A program made the position numbers and the translations under genes. The notes under the pieces are model-generated. The model saw only the letters and a program-made list of their open reading frames with translations, did not search any database and had not been told where the DNA came from. This document shows positions 34,410-45,483 of a stretch of DNA of 64,000 bases, one piece after another (position 1 is the first letter of the stretch; every line of letters begins with the position of its first letter). Origin of the DNA: Pseudogymnoascus verrucosus (taxonomy: Eukaryota); NCBI GenBank assembly GCA_001662655.1, contig KV460267.1. One strand, 5' to 3'.

Positions 34410-37400
34410 ATGGCACCTGGACGTATCAGTCCCAGGGCTGCGCAAGAGCCATGGGACACGGAAGAGCAATGGGAGAACGATGGGGAGCATGATGAGGAAT
34501 ATGATGAGTATGATGGGGAACATGATGAAGAGTATGATGAAGAGTATGATGGTGAATATGACGCTGAATTGGATTCTAACGGCGATGCCACTGATGGTGA
34601 TGATGCCACTGATGGTGAATGGGACTTGAAATCTGCAGATGCGGAGGAAGCATCTGCACTAGCATCTGAAGAACTAGAAGCTGAAGAGCCACAAACTCAA
34701 GAGCCACAAGAGCCAGAAACTCAAGAGCCAGAAACTCAAGAGCCAGAAACTCACGAGCCAGAAACTCAAGAGCCAGAAACTCAAGGACCAGCTCTAGTCT
34801 CCACCGAAGAAGCTCCAGGCAACCCGGGCACCTTGTTAGCCGACGGAGAAGCTTCGTTGCCAAATAAGGAGGATAGCGTTCCCAACCTCGACTCATTTGA
34901 TGCTGATAAAACGCTGGAACAAGCACATCAAAAGGCTGAGAATGAGCCTGTTGATCCGCAAGTTCCACAAGAAGAAAAGTCAAAATTAACACCAGAAGAG
35001 CAAGCTATGAAGGATAGAGAAGCATGGCAATTGGCGGTTGCCGATCGCAAAGAAAGACTCCGAGAGGGTCAAATGGCCAAAAACGATAGGGCGCGCAAGT
35101 TGTTTGATATTTTCCAGAAAGATCGCAAGGAGGAAAAACTCAAGACGCCCAAAAAGGTCGTTGATGTGAAATCTGGCAGATATAAGAGCCGCATCAACAA
35201 TAGAGGAATAGTTGGTGAGCTCGGAAAGAAGGTTGCGGGCAAGGTGGTGGATGCGGTAGCAGAAAAGTTGGCGGAAAAGCTAGCAAGTAAGAAGGCAGGG
35301 GCAGAGAAGGAAAATAAAGGGGAGATATCAGATAAGAAGCCAGGGGAAGAAGTGCTAACTGCATCTGGACCTTCCAATAACTTCGTTGATCAAACCTTCA
35401 TGGACAACCTGATGAAAGCCATCGAGGGCCCAAATCTCCCAGTCATGGATGGCTTGCCTGGTGTGACTAGCTACGACGAGGATGCACCAAGCAGCCCCGA
35501 GGACCCACGCCGAATTCACAGAGTTCTTAAAGTCGTTTTGGGCAGCGATCTCTTTGAGGAGCTTAGCGAACTTTCTTTGCACGACTACGAAGCCCAAGAG
35601 CAGGCTGCTCGTAAAGAGCTCGTGAATAAAGTCGTCTTCGCCGTGAGGGAGAACCCGGCCACTGAGAAGATCAAAATCGAACTCTTGGAGGGGCTGCCTG
35701 GACTTGGAGACTGTGGACTCCCCCTTCCTCTCAGAAAGCCCGTCGCTAATGCAGTTGATCCTTGCGAACTTGCTGAGCTATGTGCGCCTGATATCCTTTG
35801 CCCTGCGGCCGACTTGTGCCGGGAGGCGAATGCTCACAGGCCAGATAATGATATCACCCCGACAAGCACTGCCAGAGACATTGCATCTGATGGTGCCGAG
35901 CGTAAAGTCTCTCCAATGTTGACACTTCTCAGGCTATTCAGAGCTGCCAGACTATCCCCTGGGTCACCCAAAGAGCCCCAACAAAAGACATATGAGGGCT
36001 TTCGTGGAATTGGAAAACGCGATGTAGGTGAATTTGAAGCCTACATGGCCGACCTCAACAATGCTTGCAGCTTCAATATGCGGGAAGTTCGTAAGGAGGT
36101 TGTTGGAGCTCCTCGCAAATTAAGTCCCAACTTCAAGACGGTTGAGCACACTATAACTGTGGCAGGTGCGACCAGTAAACCACTAGGGGATGATGAAAAA
36201 GAGGAAGGTGCCTCCCTGGAATCTGAAGAGGATGAGGAAGGTGCGAAGGACGACTCGGATACAGAAAACGAGGAAGGCGCGGAGGATGAATCAGGTGAGG
36301 AAAACGAGGATATGCCTGCTTCTGAGAAATCGACTGCTCGCCACGGCAACCATAACGGATGGTTCCCATCTATCGTCTACCGTCGGTCGATCGAACCTGC
36401 GCAAGATGGCGTCCCAGCCGTGGCAGATTCTCCATCCGTTCCTGCCGCCATACTTGCCCCAATCGAGCCTGTCGTTCCTTCCCCTTTCAGCGAAAACGCC
36501 GTGGATGACCTTATTGCAGAGACTATTGCTGTAGCATCACTTGGACCAGCTCGGCCGCCATTCACCACCCCTGAGTCAGTTTTCGGCACTACACAGTCCG
36601 CTACAACTACACCCACTGGAGGAATAACTGGAGAATCGGAGCCAATTACCACAGAAGCCAATTCCGGTGCGACAGACCCAACCATCGCCGGCACCACCCC
36701 CGCCAAAAAAAAAGAAATGGCCTACAAAGCCGTCAAACCCAAGCCCACGCAAACTATGAGCAAAGAAGCCGCATCCTGGGAAAAGAAGCAACGCCAAAGA
36801 GCGCGTCGCATCAGGAAGGAGCGCGAGGCCCGCGCCCGCGCCCTGCGTCGCATCAAATTCGCCAAGAAGCTTGAGGAGGAACGCGCACGCAAGGCCGTTG
36901 ATCGCGCTGCCTTCCTCGAGGAGATCGGCTACCAGCCTCCAACCCTACCTCAGTACAGCAAGCGCGCGCCGCCATCGCCGTTGGAGGCGCATGCGCCGAC
37001 ATGGACGGGGCATGGGGTCAAGGAAGAGGAGCAAAGATGGAGGGCTGGGGAGGGAGGGGTGAGCGCTGCTGATCGAGAGGAGGCTGCGCGGGAGATTGCG
37101 AAGGTTGCGAAGTTGAGGGAGGCGGAGAGACAGAAGGGTGTGGAGGATGCGGCGACGAGAGCGAGCGTCGCGGCGCCGGACGATGGGGTTGGCAACCCGT
37201 ATCTAGATCACAAGTCGTATTTCCCGGCTCAGGCGCATGTGGATGAAGCGACTGGTGTGCGGTTCCCGTACAAGGGGGTTGGAGATGCGGCGCCGGAGTT
37301 GGGGAATGTGGGGGTTGTGGTAACGATTCTGGTGTGGATCGTGTTGATAGTCGCGATTTTGAGATGTCAGCGGCGCAGGAGGGTGGGGTCGCCGGACTGG

Positions 37401-37490
37401 GAAAGAGAGCGTCGTGGACGGGGGTTTTTGAGGCAGGGCAGGAAGAAGAGGCAGAGTGAAGAGCAGGACAGGGAGAAGTTGGATGTTTAA
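34410..37490 (+). CDS. Hypothetical acidic protein with one C-terminal transmembrane helix (1026 aa)
   Basis: Uninterrupted ORF with DEEY and QEPET repeats. TM segment VGVVVTILVWIVLIVAIL followed by RRRR. Confidence 0.7.
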   Translation: MAPGRISPRAAQEPWDTEEQWENDGEHDEEYDEYDGEHDEEYDEEYDGEYDAELDSNGDATDGDDATDGEWDLKSADAEEASALASEELEAEEPQTQEPQEPETQEPETQEPETHEPETQEPETQGPALVSTEEAPGNPGTLLADGEASLPNKEDSVPNLDSFDADKTLEQAHQKAENEPVDPQVPQEEKSKLTPEEQAMKDREAWQLAVADRKERLREGQMAKNDRARKLFDIFQKDRKEEKLKTPKKVVDVKSGRYKSRINNRGIVGELGKKVAGKVVDAVAEKLAEKLASKKAGAEKENKGEISDKKPGEEVLTASGPSNNFVDQTFMDNLMKAIEGPNLPVMDGLPGVTSYDEDAPSSPEDPRRIHRVLKVVLGSDLFEELSELSLHDYEAQEQAARKELVNKVVFAVRENPATEKIKIELLEGLPGLGDCGLPLPLRKPVANAVDPCELAELCAPDILCPAADLCREANAHRPDNDITPTSTARDIASDGAERKVSPMLTLLRLFRAARLSPGSPKEPQQKTYEGFRGIGKRDVGEFEAYMADLNNACSFNMREVRKEVVGAPRKLSPNFKTVEHTITVAGATSKPLGDDEKEEGASLESEEDEEGAKDDSDTENEEGAEDESGEENEDMPASEKSTARHGNHNGWFPSIVYRRSIEPAQDGVPAVADSPSVPAAILAPIEPVVPSPFSENAVDDLIAETIAVASLGPARPPFTTPESVFGTTQSATTTPTGGITGESEPITTEANSGATDPTIAGTTPAKKKEMAYKAVKPKPTQTMSKEAASWEKKQRQRARRIRKEREARARALRRIKFAKKLEEERARKAVDRAAFLEEIGYQPPTLPQYSKRAPPSPLEAHAPTWTGHGVKEEEQRWRAGEGGVSAADREEAAREIAKVAKLREAERQKGVEDAATRASVAAPDDGVGNPYLDHKSYFPAQAHVDEATGVRFPYKGVGDAAPELGNVGVVVTILVWIVLIVAILRCQRRRRVGSPDWERERRGRGFLRQGRKKRQSEEQDREKLDV
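34697..34786 (+). repeat. 15-bp coding minisatellite CAAGAGCCAGAAACT (QEPET), about 5-6 units
   Basis: Directly visible tandem units. Confidence 0.9.
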
Positions 37491-37939
37491 TGGTGGATGT
37501 GACGATTTTTTTGTGTTTTGGATATGGCCGTCGAGCCCGCTGGCGGCGTCGGTGTTGTGCACACGCGTTGTATTATCCTCGGGGCCGTTGAAAACGCATC
37601 GAGGTAATCTTCTATTCTATCCTGGATCGTCAAACCCACATCGGAATTATCTTATGTTCTATCATGGATTGTCGAACCCGCTTCGTCAAAATCTGTTCGT
37701 TCTTTTTCGTGCTTTAGATCGTCATTTCAACTGGGTGGTCGAGCTGCTCTGTTCACTTTAACTTTGTTTAATGGAATGGGGTGGAAGTGTATGCCTAGCT
37801 TAATAGTGGTTGGGGAGGGCTCTGGAATGGCGGGGGTGATGGGTATACCTGGTTAATATATTTGATTTTAAATTTTGGTTTTATTCGTTATGGTGAGATT
37901 GGTTTTCTTTTATGTGTGTGTTTTTGTGATGGGGTTCAT

Positions 37940-40489
37940 CAGTGTTGCCCGAATACCGCTCCGAGTACTACTCGAGCATCCTCGAGTAGAGTACTCAAAA
38001 TTGAAGCTCGAGTACTGGTATTCGAGTACCGGTACTCGAATACCCGAGTAGTACTCGCATATAAATAGAAATAGAGTAGAAATTAAAATATCACTATATA
38101 TATACTATTCTAACTCTCATTATCTGCATCGTCGCCGCTGTCTTCGTCGTCGCCTTGTGATAGAACACCCCAATTCCGTAGGCAGAGTAGATATCTAAGT
38201 GTAGAAGGTGATAATCGGTTCCGTTTCTTTGTGATAATATCACCACCAACACTAAATACTCGTTCCGAGTCTGCTGAAGTAGCTGGAATAGCTAGGTAAT
38301 CCTTCGCAATAGAAGCAATTAATGGATATTAGTATTGTTTACTCTGCCAATACTTGAGAATATCCGTATCCCGACCAACTGTTGGCTCCTTCATCCATTG
38401 CTTCCATTCTGGCTCAATATCGTGGCGGCTTTGTGATACGTATAACTCATCTTCTGAGTCAACATCGATATTTATAGCTTGCTCTATAGCTAGATCCTCA
38501 GCTTCGATACTGTCCATAACGTCTGCTGCTCGAATATCAGACTCGCGGCCTGAATATCGATAGAAGCAGTCCTGCCACTGCGCTTTTGCCCGATTCTTCT
38601 TAGTTAAGTGCGTGCTATCCTTCCATATAATATTAAAGACGTTAAAGTTATACCGAGGATCACAGATCGTAGCAATTGTAGAGTGGCTCTGGTACTGATT
38701 TGTAGCTAGAGTATAGTAATCATTAAGCTTCTTTAACGCAATTGAAGTAGCAGTAGCAATTGGGCTTCGTTCTAGTAGCTCACGTCTCATATCTTCAAGC
38801 TTCTTAATCATCCTCATATACTGCGGAACAGCGTAGTTGAGAGTTAGATAAGAAGAGCCCTGTAACTTCTCAGTTGGGCGGACGAAGATATAGAATAGCT
38901 TTAATAAGTTATGTAGCGTAGCCCAGTCTGTTGCTGTTAAAGCGATATCTCTCATACTAATATCAAGTTGCTGTGATGCGCATAAAGCTGTAATCGGAAT
39001 CTGAAGCTTTAAAGCTATATCAATCATATGATAAGTTGAGCTCCATCGGACTGGCATATCGAGCGTCAACCGACAGACTTTAATACCTACAGCTTTACAC
39101 TGATTCTTTAAGGCGTCTTTCCACCCGCGGCGGTTCCGAAACACATATATATGACGCCGGAGCTTAGCAAGAACAGTGACGATATCATTTTCAGAAGTAA
39201 GTGGTATCCGTGCCTCCCCAATCTCAAGCCGATATGCCTCTGGGCCTTCATCTGGCGTTGCTTTTAAAGAGGCCAAAGCAGCTTGAACAGCAATATTGAT
39301 AATATGCCTAATACAGCGTACGTCTCCTACTTTTGCTGTAAAAGCCCACGGCTGTTTAAGGGTAACAGGTTGCGCCGAAGCTAGCTTCTCATATTCAAAT
39401 AGCATCGTTGTATTTGTAGAGGCGTTATCTCTTGTAATAGTAAAGATCGCAGGCGTAATACCATAATCGTCCGTTATATTTATCATCTGTTCAGCGAGGT
39501 ATTCGCCAGAGTGGATTGGCTCTTGTAGGTGTATAACGTCAAGTATAGTATTTCTCATTTGCCAATTATCATTAATCCAGTGTACTGTAACCGCTGCATA
39601 CTCAGAATAGTTTCGAGCAGACCAAGTATCCGTCGTTATTGCCAGTCGTCCACCGCTTCTAACATGCTGCTGTAATTCTACTTCAAGCCGTGCTTTATGA
39701 TAGCAGAATAGTCGATATAGATCCCGTCCAATCGTAGTTCTACTAACGGTTAAGACCGTAGGATTTAAATGGTGAACTAATTGCCGAAAGGATTGGCTTT
39801 CGACAAGGCGTAATGGTAGGTTATTTGATACTATAAAAGAGAGAACAAGCTCTCTATATTTCGACGAACTTGGGGCGTTACTAGGTGCTTGGCGAGGCTG
39901 GAAGAAAGCAGACGTAGAGGGTGTTGATGAGCTTCGAATTGAAGATGATTTATCATATTCTGCGTACACTAATGGGTGCTGATTCTTAAGATGCTTCCAT
40001 AGATTGCTCGTCGTCTGGTTCTTTAGGGGCTGGCTCGGCGTATATCCACAATTAATTTGAAGGCATTGGTATTGGATTCTAGTAGGCACTGTATCTAATA
40101 TAGTACGGTAGAATAGTCCTTTGGAAAAGAGAATTGAAGTAGAATCAGGTATTTGAAGCCGTAGAGGCATTTGCGGCACTGAAATAAGGGGCATCGGAAT
40201 AAGGGGCGGCAGCTCTAAAGTATCAGACTGATACTCAGCCGGCACCGGCGACAGCGAAGAGTCACTCATTACAGGAAGTAATACAGAACGCTCAAGTAGA
40301 AGAAAGCTTCAATTATCTATTCTATTCTACGATCTATTTTACCCCTCTTTGCCAAGGGCTTGGCAGTACTCCAGTATTCGGAGTAGTACTCGGCGAATAC
40401 TCGAGTACTCGAAAATATCACCCGAGTAGAGTAGTACTCGGGGTATTCGGCGAGTAGTATTCACAGCGAGTACTACTCGGGCAACACTG
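37940..40489 (-). mobile_element. Full-length hAT DNA transposon (2550 bp)
   Basis: 13-bp TIR CAGTGTTGCCCGA at 37940 with its reverse complement ending at 40489. Perfect 8-bp TSD GGGTTCAT at 37932-37939 and 40490-40497. Subterminal CGAGTA/TACTCG arrays at both ends. Confidence 0.97.
38110..40269 (-). pseudogene. hAT transposase (BED finger, DDE, hATC) interrupted by one premature TAA
   Basis: C..C...TSNLWKHL..H, ITTDTWS, ITRDNAS, RC..HIIN, LDMPVRWSST. After the stop at 38331-38329 the frame continues YPLIASIAKDYLAIPATSADSERVFS...KKRNRLSP to TAG at 38110. Confidence 0.92.
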
Positions 40490-40779
40490 GGGTTCATTTA
40501 TTTCTGGTTTGATAAGTAGTTTTACTATTCGGAATTATATTCATCAACACGAACAATATATTCTACCACTTAAAAGGTTTATTCTCAGAGCTAACTTATT
40601 CTCCTCTGTATTATATTCTTTAATTACTATTAAACCTATACTTATCCTTTAGGAACTCCTTAAAGTCTATTATTAGGTGTTATATAGGGTATTTAGGTAC
40701 TAGTAGGACGTGTAGGAAACCTTGCTACTTTATAACATTAGTGTGAGAAAGTTAGCACGTTATGTAGTTATATATAGTA

Positions 40780-41454
40780 ATTGATTTGGGATGCTTCATC
40801 GATGAAGAAGCCATCGGTTTCTCCAAAAATGGTTTGAGCAGTGTCGAGCAGCCACTATGCCTGTTATTAGCTACCGTGGAGTATTGAAGAATTTCAAGCA
40901 ACATGCCTCCCAGGACGCCCAAGCACTACCAACATCTCACCGCTCTTGATCAATCCGTCGAAATTTCGTAGAATCTGAATCTTTATCCTTCCATTCTCGC
41001 CTCGCAGGTTGTTAAAAAGACTGGAGGCTGCCAAAGGGTAGTTACCAAATGTCTTTTGATAGTCCGTAGGCTCACCGAACCCATGCACGTTGAGGTTCTT
41101 GTACGAAACACCTGCAATCCTAGCTGGATATCGCTATGGGTCCCTAGAAGCAATACCCATTACAGCCTTAATCCAGGCGCGTTGATTGAATTGGCCTGAT
41201 TGGGGATCCAATGAGGGATTTTCGGATCCTTCGAACGGATTGACATACTGTCCATGGCCATTCTTGACCGAGTGCTGTGTGAAGGTCCTGGCAAGATGTG
41301 TGACTGATTCGCGCAGATCCTCTTTTTCGTTATCAGAGTCGTCTGGTGTTGCAGTTTTAGTTCCTGCGGTGCCATTGCCAGCAACCGTCTCTCTAATATC
41401 CTCGACGACACCATGGGACAGAGCAGCCGCACCGAACGGCAGAGACGCGGCCAT
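40780..41454 (-). pseudogene. 5' fragment of a PDR/ABCG multidrug transporter
   Basis: ...[31 protein letters not shown]...QILRNFDGLIKSGEMLVVLGRPG|SGCSTLLK. In-frame TAG at 41136-41134, a 1-nt frameshift after TLLK (restoring it gives TIFGETDGFFIDEASQINY), then AT-rich sequence. Confidence 0.9.
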
Positions 41455-42226
41455 CGTTTTCCCTTGGTATAGAACTGGTGCGTTTCAAAGGAAATAAACG
41501 ACTATTCGTGTAGAAATGAAACCTGACATTGATGAAGTTGTCGGCACTTGAAGCAGTTTATAGCAGAGAACTATCAGATCTTCCAATCTTAATCCGGATT
41601 GAAAGATTTCCGCTTCCAGCCAGCCAAGCTGTGGCGGCTCGAAATAAGCCCGCACAGCCATTAGGGTCGGATTCATATTCGGATCGGATTCGTATTCAGG
41701 TGACAACTGGGAGCGTACGCAGTTTTGGCATAATGAAGCGCCCTACCTCCGTACAACATCTCGGCCCTCATCGAGAATCTTCCCCTTAGATCACTATCTA
41801 TATTTGTGATTTTGATTATCGTGCCAATTCCCGGCAGCGACCAATACTATCCCCTACCCCTGATACATGTTAATCTTTCTAGTAGGTTCTGGAGCACAAA
41901 CTTAACAAATAACAGGGGTAGGTGATGGTAGCCAATATCGGAGCGAGAAAAGTGTTTAAAAGTCGTCCACAAGTGGAGTCCAGGATAACTCTAATCCAAC
42001 GAAAACCGAGTACTTCTAAGCACGAGTCCTCGCATTCTCGCATAACCACCGGCCGGCTAGGAAGTTCGAATAGAGTTTAATCCTGGTCGGATCGTATTCG
42101 TAAATTTTGGAACAGGTACCGGAGCCGTGCATGCGACGGGGAGTACCTTCATCCCTGTCTGCTACGAGCTCCCCTGTCCTCAATGCGTCCTAGGAATGAA
42201 CCATCACAGGTTTACAGCACGACTCG

Positions 42227-42559
42227 ACTTTGGAGTTTGCGGAACTTGGGCTAAAATATCATCCGATGGCTCCGAGATTAACTCAAAACGCCTTGGCTGA
42301 AAGCTTCACAGCGATATTCATTTGAGGTAAGTCCCAAGATGCCTCCGTAAATGCCAAGACGATGATAGTACGGGAAGGTATCAAGAAGCTCAACTTTGGA
42401 GTTTGCCGAACTCGGGCTGAAATATCATCCGATAGCTCCGAGATTAACTCAAAATACCTTGGCTGAAAGCTTCACAGCGATATTCATTTGAGGTAAGTCC
42501 CAAGAAGCCTCCGTAAATGCCGAGACGATGATAGTATGGAAGGGGGGTATCAAGAAGTC
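42227..42559. repeat. Tandem direct duplication of a 166-bp non-coding unit
   Basis: ACTTTGGAGTTTGC...GGTATCAAGAAG at 42227-42392 and 42393-42559, roughly 90% identical by eye. Confidence 0.95.
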
Positions 42560-42828
42560 AAGCACACCCGTTGCAACGCGGTGAGACGGTTAGACTAATC
42601 GAAACTATAGATTACCAGCTATAGTCCCACAAATTCCCTCTTCAAGCGCGGCAAAGCAGGGCTGGTGTGCTTGATTTCTTGAGACTCCCTTCCGTACATA
42701 AGGGTGGCATTGCTAATATTATCAGAGCTGTCTACGCATTATCACTCAGCTCCTGTTCCCATCGGCTTACAAGAAATCAGGAAACAACATCAAATCGCCC
42801 CAGCAAGAACGTCAGTACAAGTGCAAAC

Positions 42829-43851
42829 ATGGTCAGCAATCGGTACGCTGCCGCTCACGCTAATCCCAAGGGAGCTGGAGATGCCCGACCAACCGCCGAT
42901 CAAATAGTGGAAGACGAAGGCCTCGAAGGCAAACTTCTAGACAAAATCATCGTCATCACAGGCTGCTCTTCAGGACTCGGGCTGGAAACAACACGCGCGC
43001 TCTTCAAAACTGGTGCACGACTCTTCCTAACAGCTCGGAACCTCGAAAAAGCACGAGAAGCCTTGAAAGATGTATCAGAAGACAAGCAACGAATTCAGAT
43101 ATTTCAGCTTGACCAGACGAGCCTGGATAGTGTTAGAAAATGCGCCGGGGAGATCAACAAAGCGGCAAACGGCAAGCTGAACATCCTTATCTGTAATGCC
43201 GGAGTTTGGCGGCTGCCTGAAGGCCGAACGAAAGATGGCTTCGAGACGCAATGGGCCGTCAATCACCTCAGTCATTTTCTGCTCTTCCAGCTCCTCAAAC
43301 CTTCCCTTCTCGCTGCATCAACACCTGCATTCAACTCGAGGGTTGTGGTAGTTGCATCAATGGAACACAGAGAAGCCAAGCAAATCAACTGGGAGAACGT
43401 CAACCTTGAAGGACAATACGACCGCAGCAGAGCCTACGCTCAAAGTAAACTCGCGAACATCTATATGGCGAATGAGATCGAACGGAGGTATGGCGGCAAT
43501 GGTCTCCATGCTCTGGCAGTCCATCCCGGTGGCGCGGCTACTGGAATTCAAAAGATGGATTGGGCGAATGTATTGTTTGTGATCAAGAAGATGGTCTCAC
43601 CTCGAGTTAGAACTGTAATGAGGATGGTTAAGAGCCCTGCTCAGGCTGCTGGGACGCAGGTTTGGGCAGCCATTAGCCACGAGTTGGAGGGGGTGGGTGG
43701 AAAGTATCTTGAGGACTGCCAAGAAAGTGAGCCGGTGAAGAAGGGGTATCATGGTGATGATGCGGGGTATGAATCGTTTACATACAATAAAGAAGCGGAA
43801 AAGAAATGTTGGATTAAGTCTTGTGAGCAAGTCGGGTTCACCGACAGCTAG
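42829..43851 (+). CDS. Short-chain dehydrogenase/reductase (WWOX/retinol-dehydrogenase-like)
   Basis: GDARPTA.QIV.DEGL N-terminal motif, ITGCSSGLG, LICNAGV, DGFETQWAVNHLSHF, YAQSK catalytic motif, AVHPGG. Confidence 0.93.
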   Translation: MVSNRYAAAHANPKGAGDARPTADQIVEDEGLEGKLLDKIIVITGCSSGLGLETTRALFKTGARLFLTARNLEKAREALKDVSEDKQRIQIFQLDQTSLDSVRKCAGEINKAANGKLNILICNAGVWRLPEGRTKDGFETQWAVNHLSHFLLFQLLKPSLLAASTPAFNSRVVVVASMEHREAKQINWENVNLEGQYDRSRAYAQSKLANIYMANEIERRYGGNGLHALAVHPGGAATGIQKMDWANVLFVIKKMVSPRVRTVMRMVKSPAQAAGTQVWAAISHELEGVGGKYLEDCQESEPVKKGYHGDDAGYESFTYNKEAEKKCWIKSCEQVGFTDS

Positions 43852-44339
43852 ATGTAGCTATTAGTAGGTTTTCTTAGATGCATGTTCTAATGGACGACAG
43901 CACTCATCCCCGCCATACACTAATGTCGTTTTAAGAAGGTTTAGAATTCTATGTAGCAGATAGTAACCACAAATGTCATCTTATTTACTTGTATTCGTTC
44001 AGTCCCTTCCTAATAATGAGCTCTTTCTCCCAGCTTGTTGAACTAGACCATGGTTGTTTGAACGATGCGGCAAGGGAGAAACGCTCCCGATCATTCAAAG
44101 ACAAGAGTTGCACAATCTGCGGAGAATTATTCTTACAATCGCGCCACGTCGAGTATCTGGCTGTAGTCCCCCACAGCTTCCCCTGCACAAGATCACGCAC
44201 CTTGTTCGACAGCGAACGAACCTCTTACAGCCAGCGCTGATCAACATGAATCAGCAGACTAAGCATTACCCCAGAAATCAGGGCCACAAAGCCACCATGA
44301 GTAACCTATGCTATGAGGTTTTAGGTGCGGGTTACAGGG

Positions 44340-44720
44340 GTATAGGGGATCTCTCGTAGGATGAGAACTAGCCTAGGGGTAGTTAGGGTAAGCTAGTTAA
44401 GCACTATTTAACCTCCTAAATCTTCTTAGTACTATACTAACTTAACTATACTATCTTAAGTAAGTCGTCTATGAAACGCATTTAGGAGACTAATGGTTAT
44501 ATTAATATAACTCTAGACATAGTTTTCTAGCTTCTAATTTAGCCTCTTCTATACTCTTTTTATTCGCTTACTAACACCCCTACTTTCTAGACTAAGTTCT
44601 AAGTTTAATGTTCTTGTCTAGTATTTGTTATAGTTTATTAAGGACATTTTAGTAGGTCCCTCTTCTATTTGTTATAGAGCTCTTAGTTTAGAAAGGTAAT
44701 GTTAGGTTATGACTATGTCA
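44340..44720. other. AT-rich, TpA-rich RIP-like relic
   Basis: Abrupt AT enrichment with many TAG/TAA/CTA and few CpA/TpG. A similar tract lies at 40500-40780. Confidence 0.65.
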
Positions 44721-45230
44721 ACGTCATAGAAATCGATGGGCCGTATGCTAAAACGTTAGCTTTAAAGAGCTCGAATGAGGTAAACAGACGCACCTTTATA
44801 GCGTCAGAACCAAGAACTTGATTCCTTCCGTCTCGTATATATTCGGGGATATCTCTCGCCGCCAATTTAACATTGAAGATTTCTTGGTCACATCGATGCA
44901 CAGAGCTCTGCGTCTCTTCAGCCTATCACCATTCCAATTGGCGTCTTCATTCCGCGCAGCGACAGTGGTATCGAGGATGACTAACAGAGACAACAGCGTC
45001 TTCTCCAGTCCCATGGTATCTCTAAGAATTCCCCCCCTCATTGGTGATTCATATAGTATGTGACAAGACTCGATATGCATATTCAAGATAACAAGCAACA
45101 GTGGTCGATAGTGGCAGCAGAACCGTTTCAGAAGCTGACGAATTCGAAAGGATGGGTGACAACGGTTAAAGATGATGGGGTTGATGGCGACGACACGCAA
45201 ACTAAGTCGTTTTAGAACTTCTCTGGGCAT
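44713..45230 (-). pseudogene. SNF2-family helicase fragment
   Basis: MRGGILRDTMGLEKTLLSL resembles SNF2 motif I (GGILAD.MGLGKT) with degenerate key residues; broken frames follow. Confidence 0.5.
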
Positions 45231-45483
45231 AAAACAAGTTCAGATGTCATACTCAGAGCGGACCAAAAGTGCCATTTTGTCTGGTGTAAGGGCGTCATTA
45301 CGATGAAGCTGAATGAGGTTGTGGATGGTGAAGCTACGTTGGATATTACGGGGAAAATGAGAGCAACGGAGTAGTTATTAAGGAGTTCAAGGGATAATTT
45401 CCGATCTCTTCGGTTTATGCTATCTCTCTTGGCGCAAATTCTACAATGTCTCTCAAAGCTCTTGCCTCTACACACCTCACCTC

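Noticed and set aside
38329..40269. 646-aa ORF as an active transposase
   Set aside because: It stops before the region containing the catalytic glutamate and dimerisation domain.
42667..42828. N-terminal extension of the SDR in the ORF track
   Set aside because: Non-ATG start; the family-typical N-terminus begins at ATG 42829.
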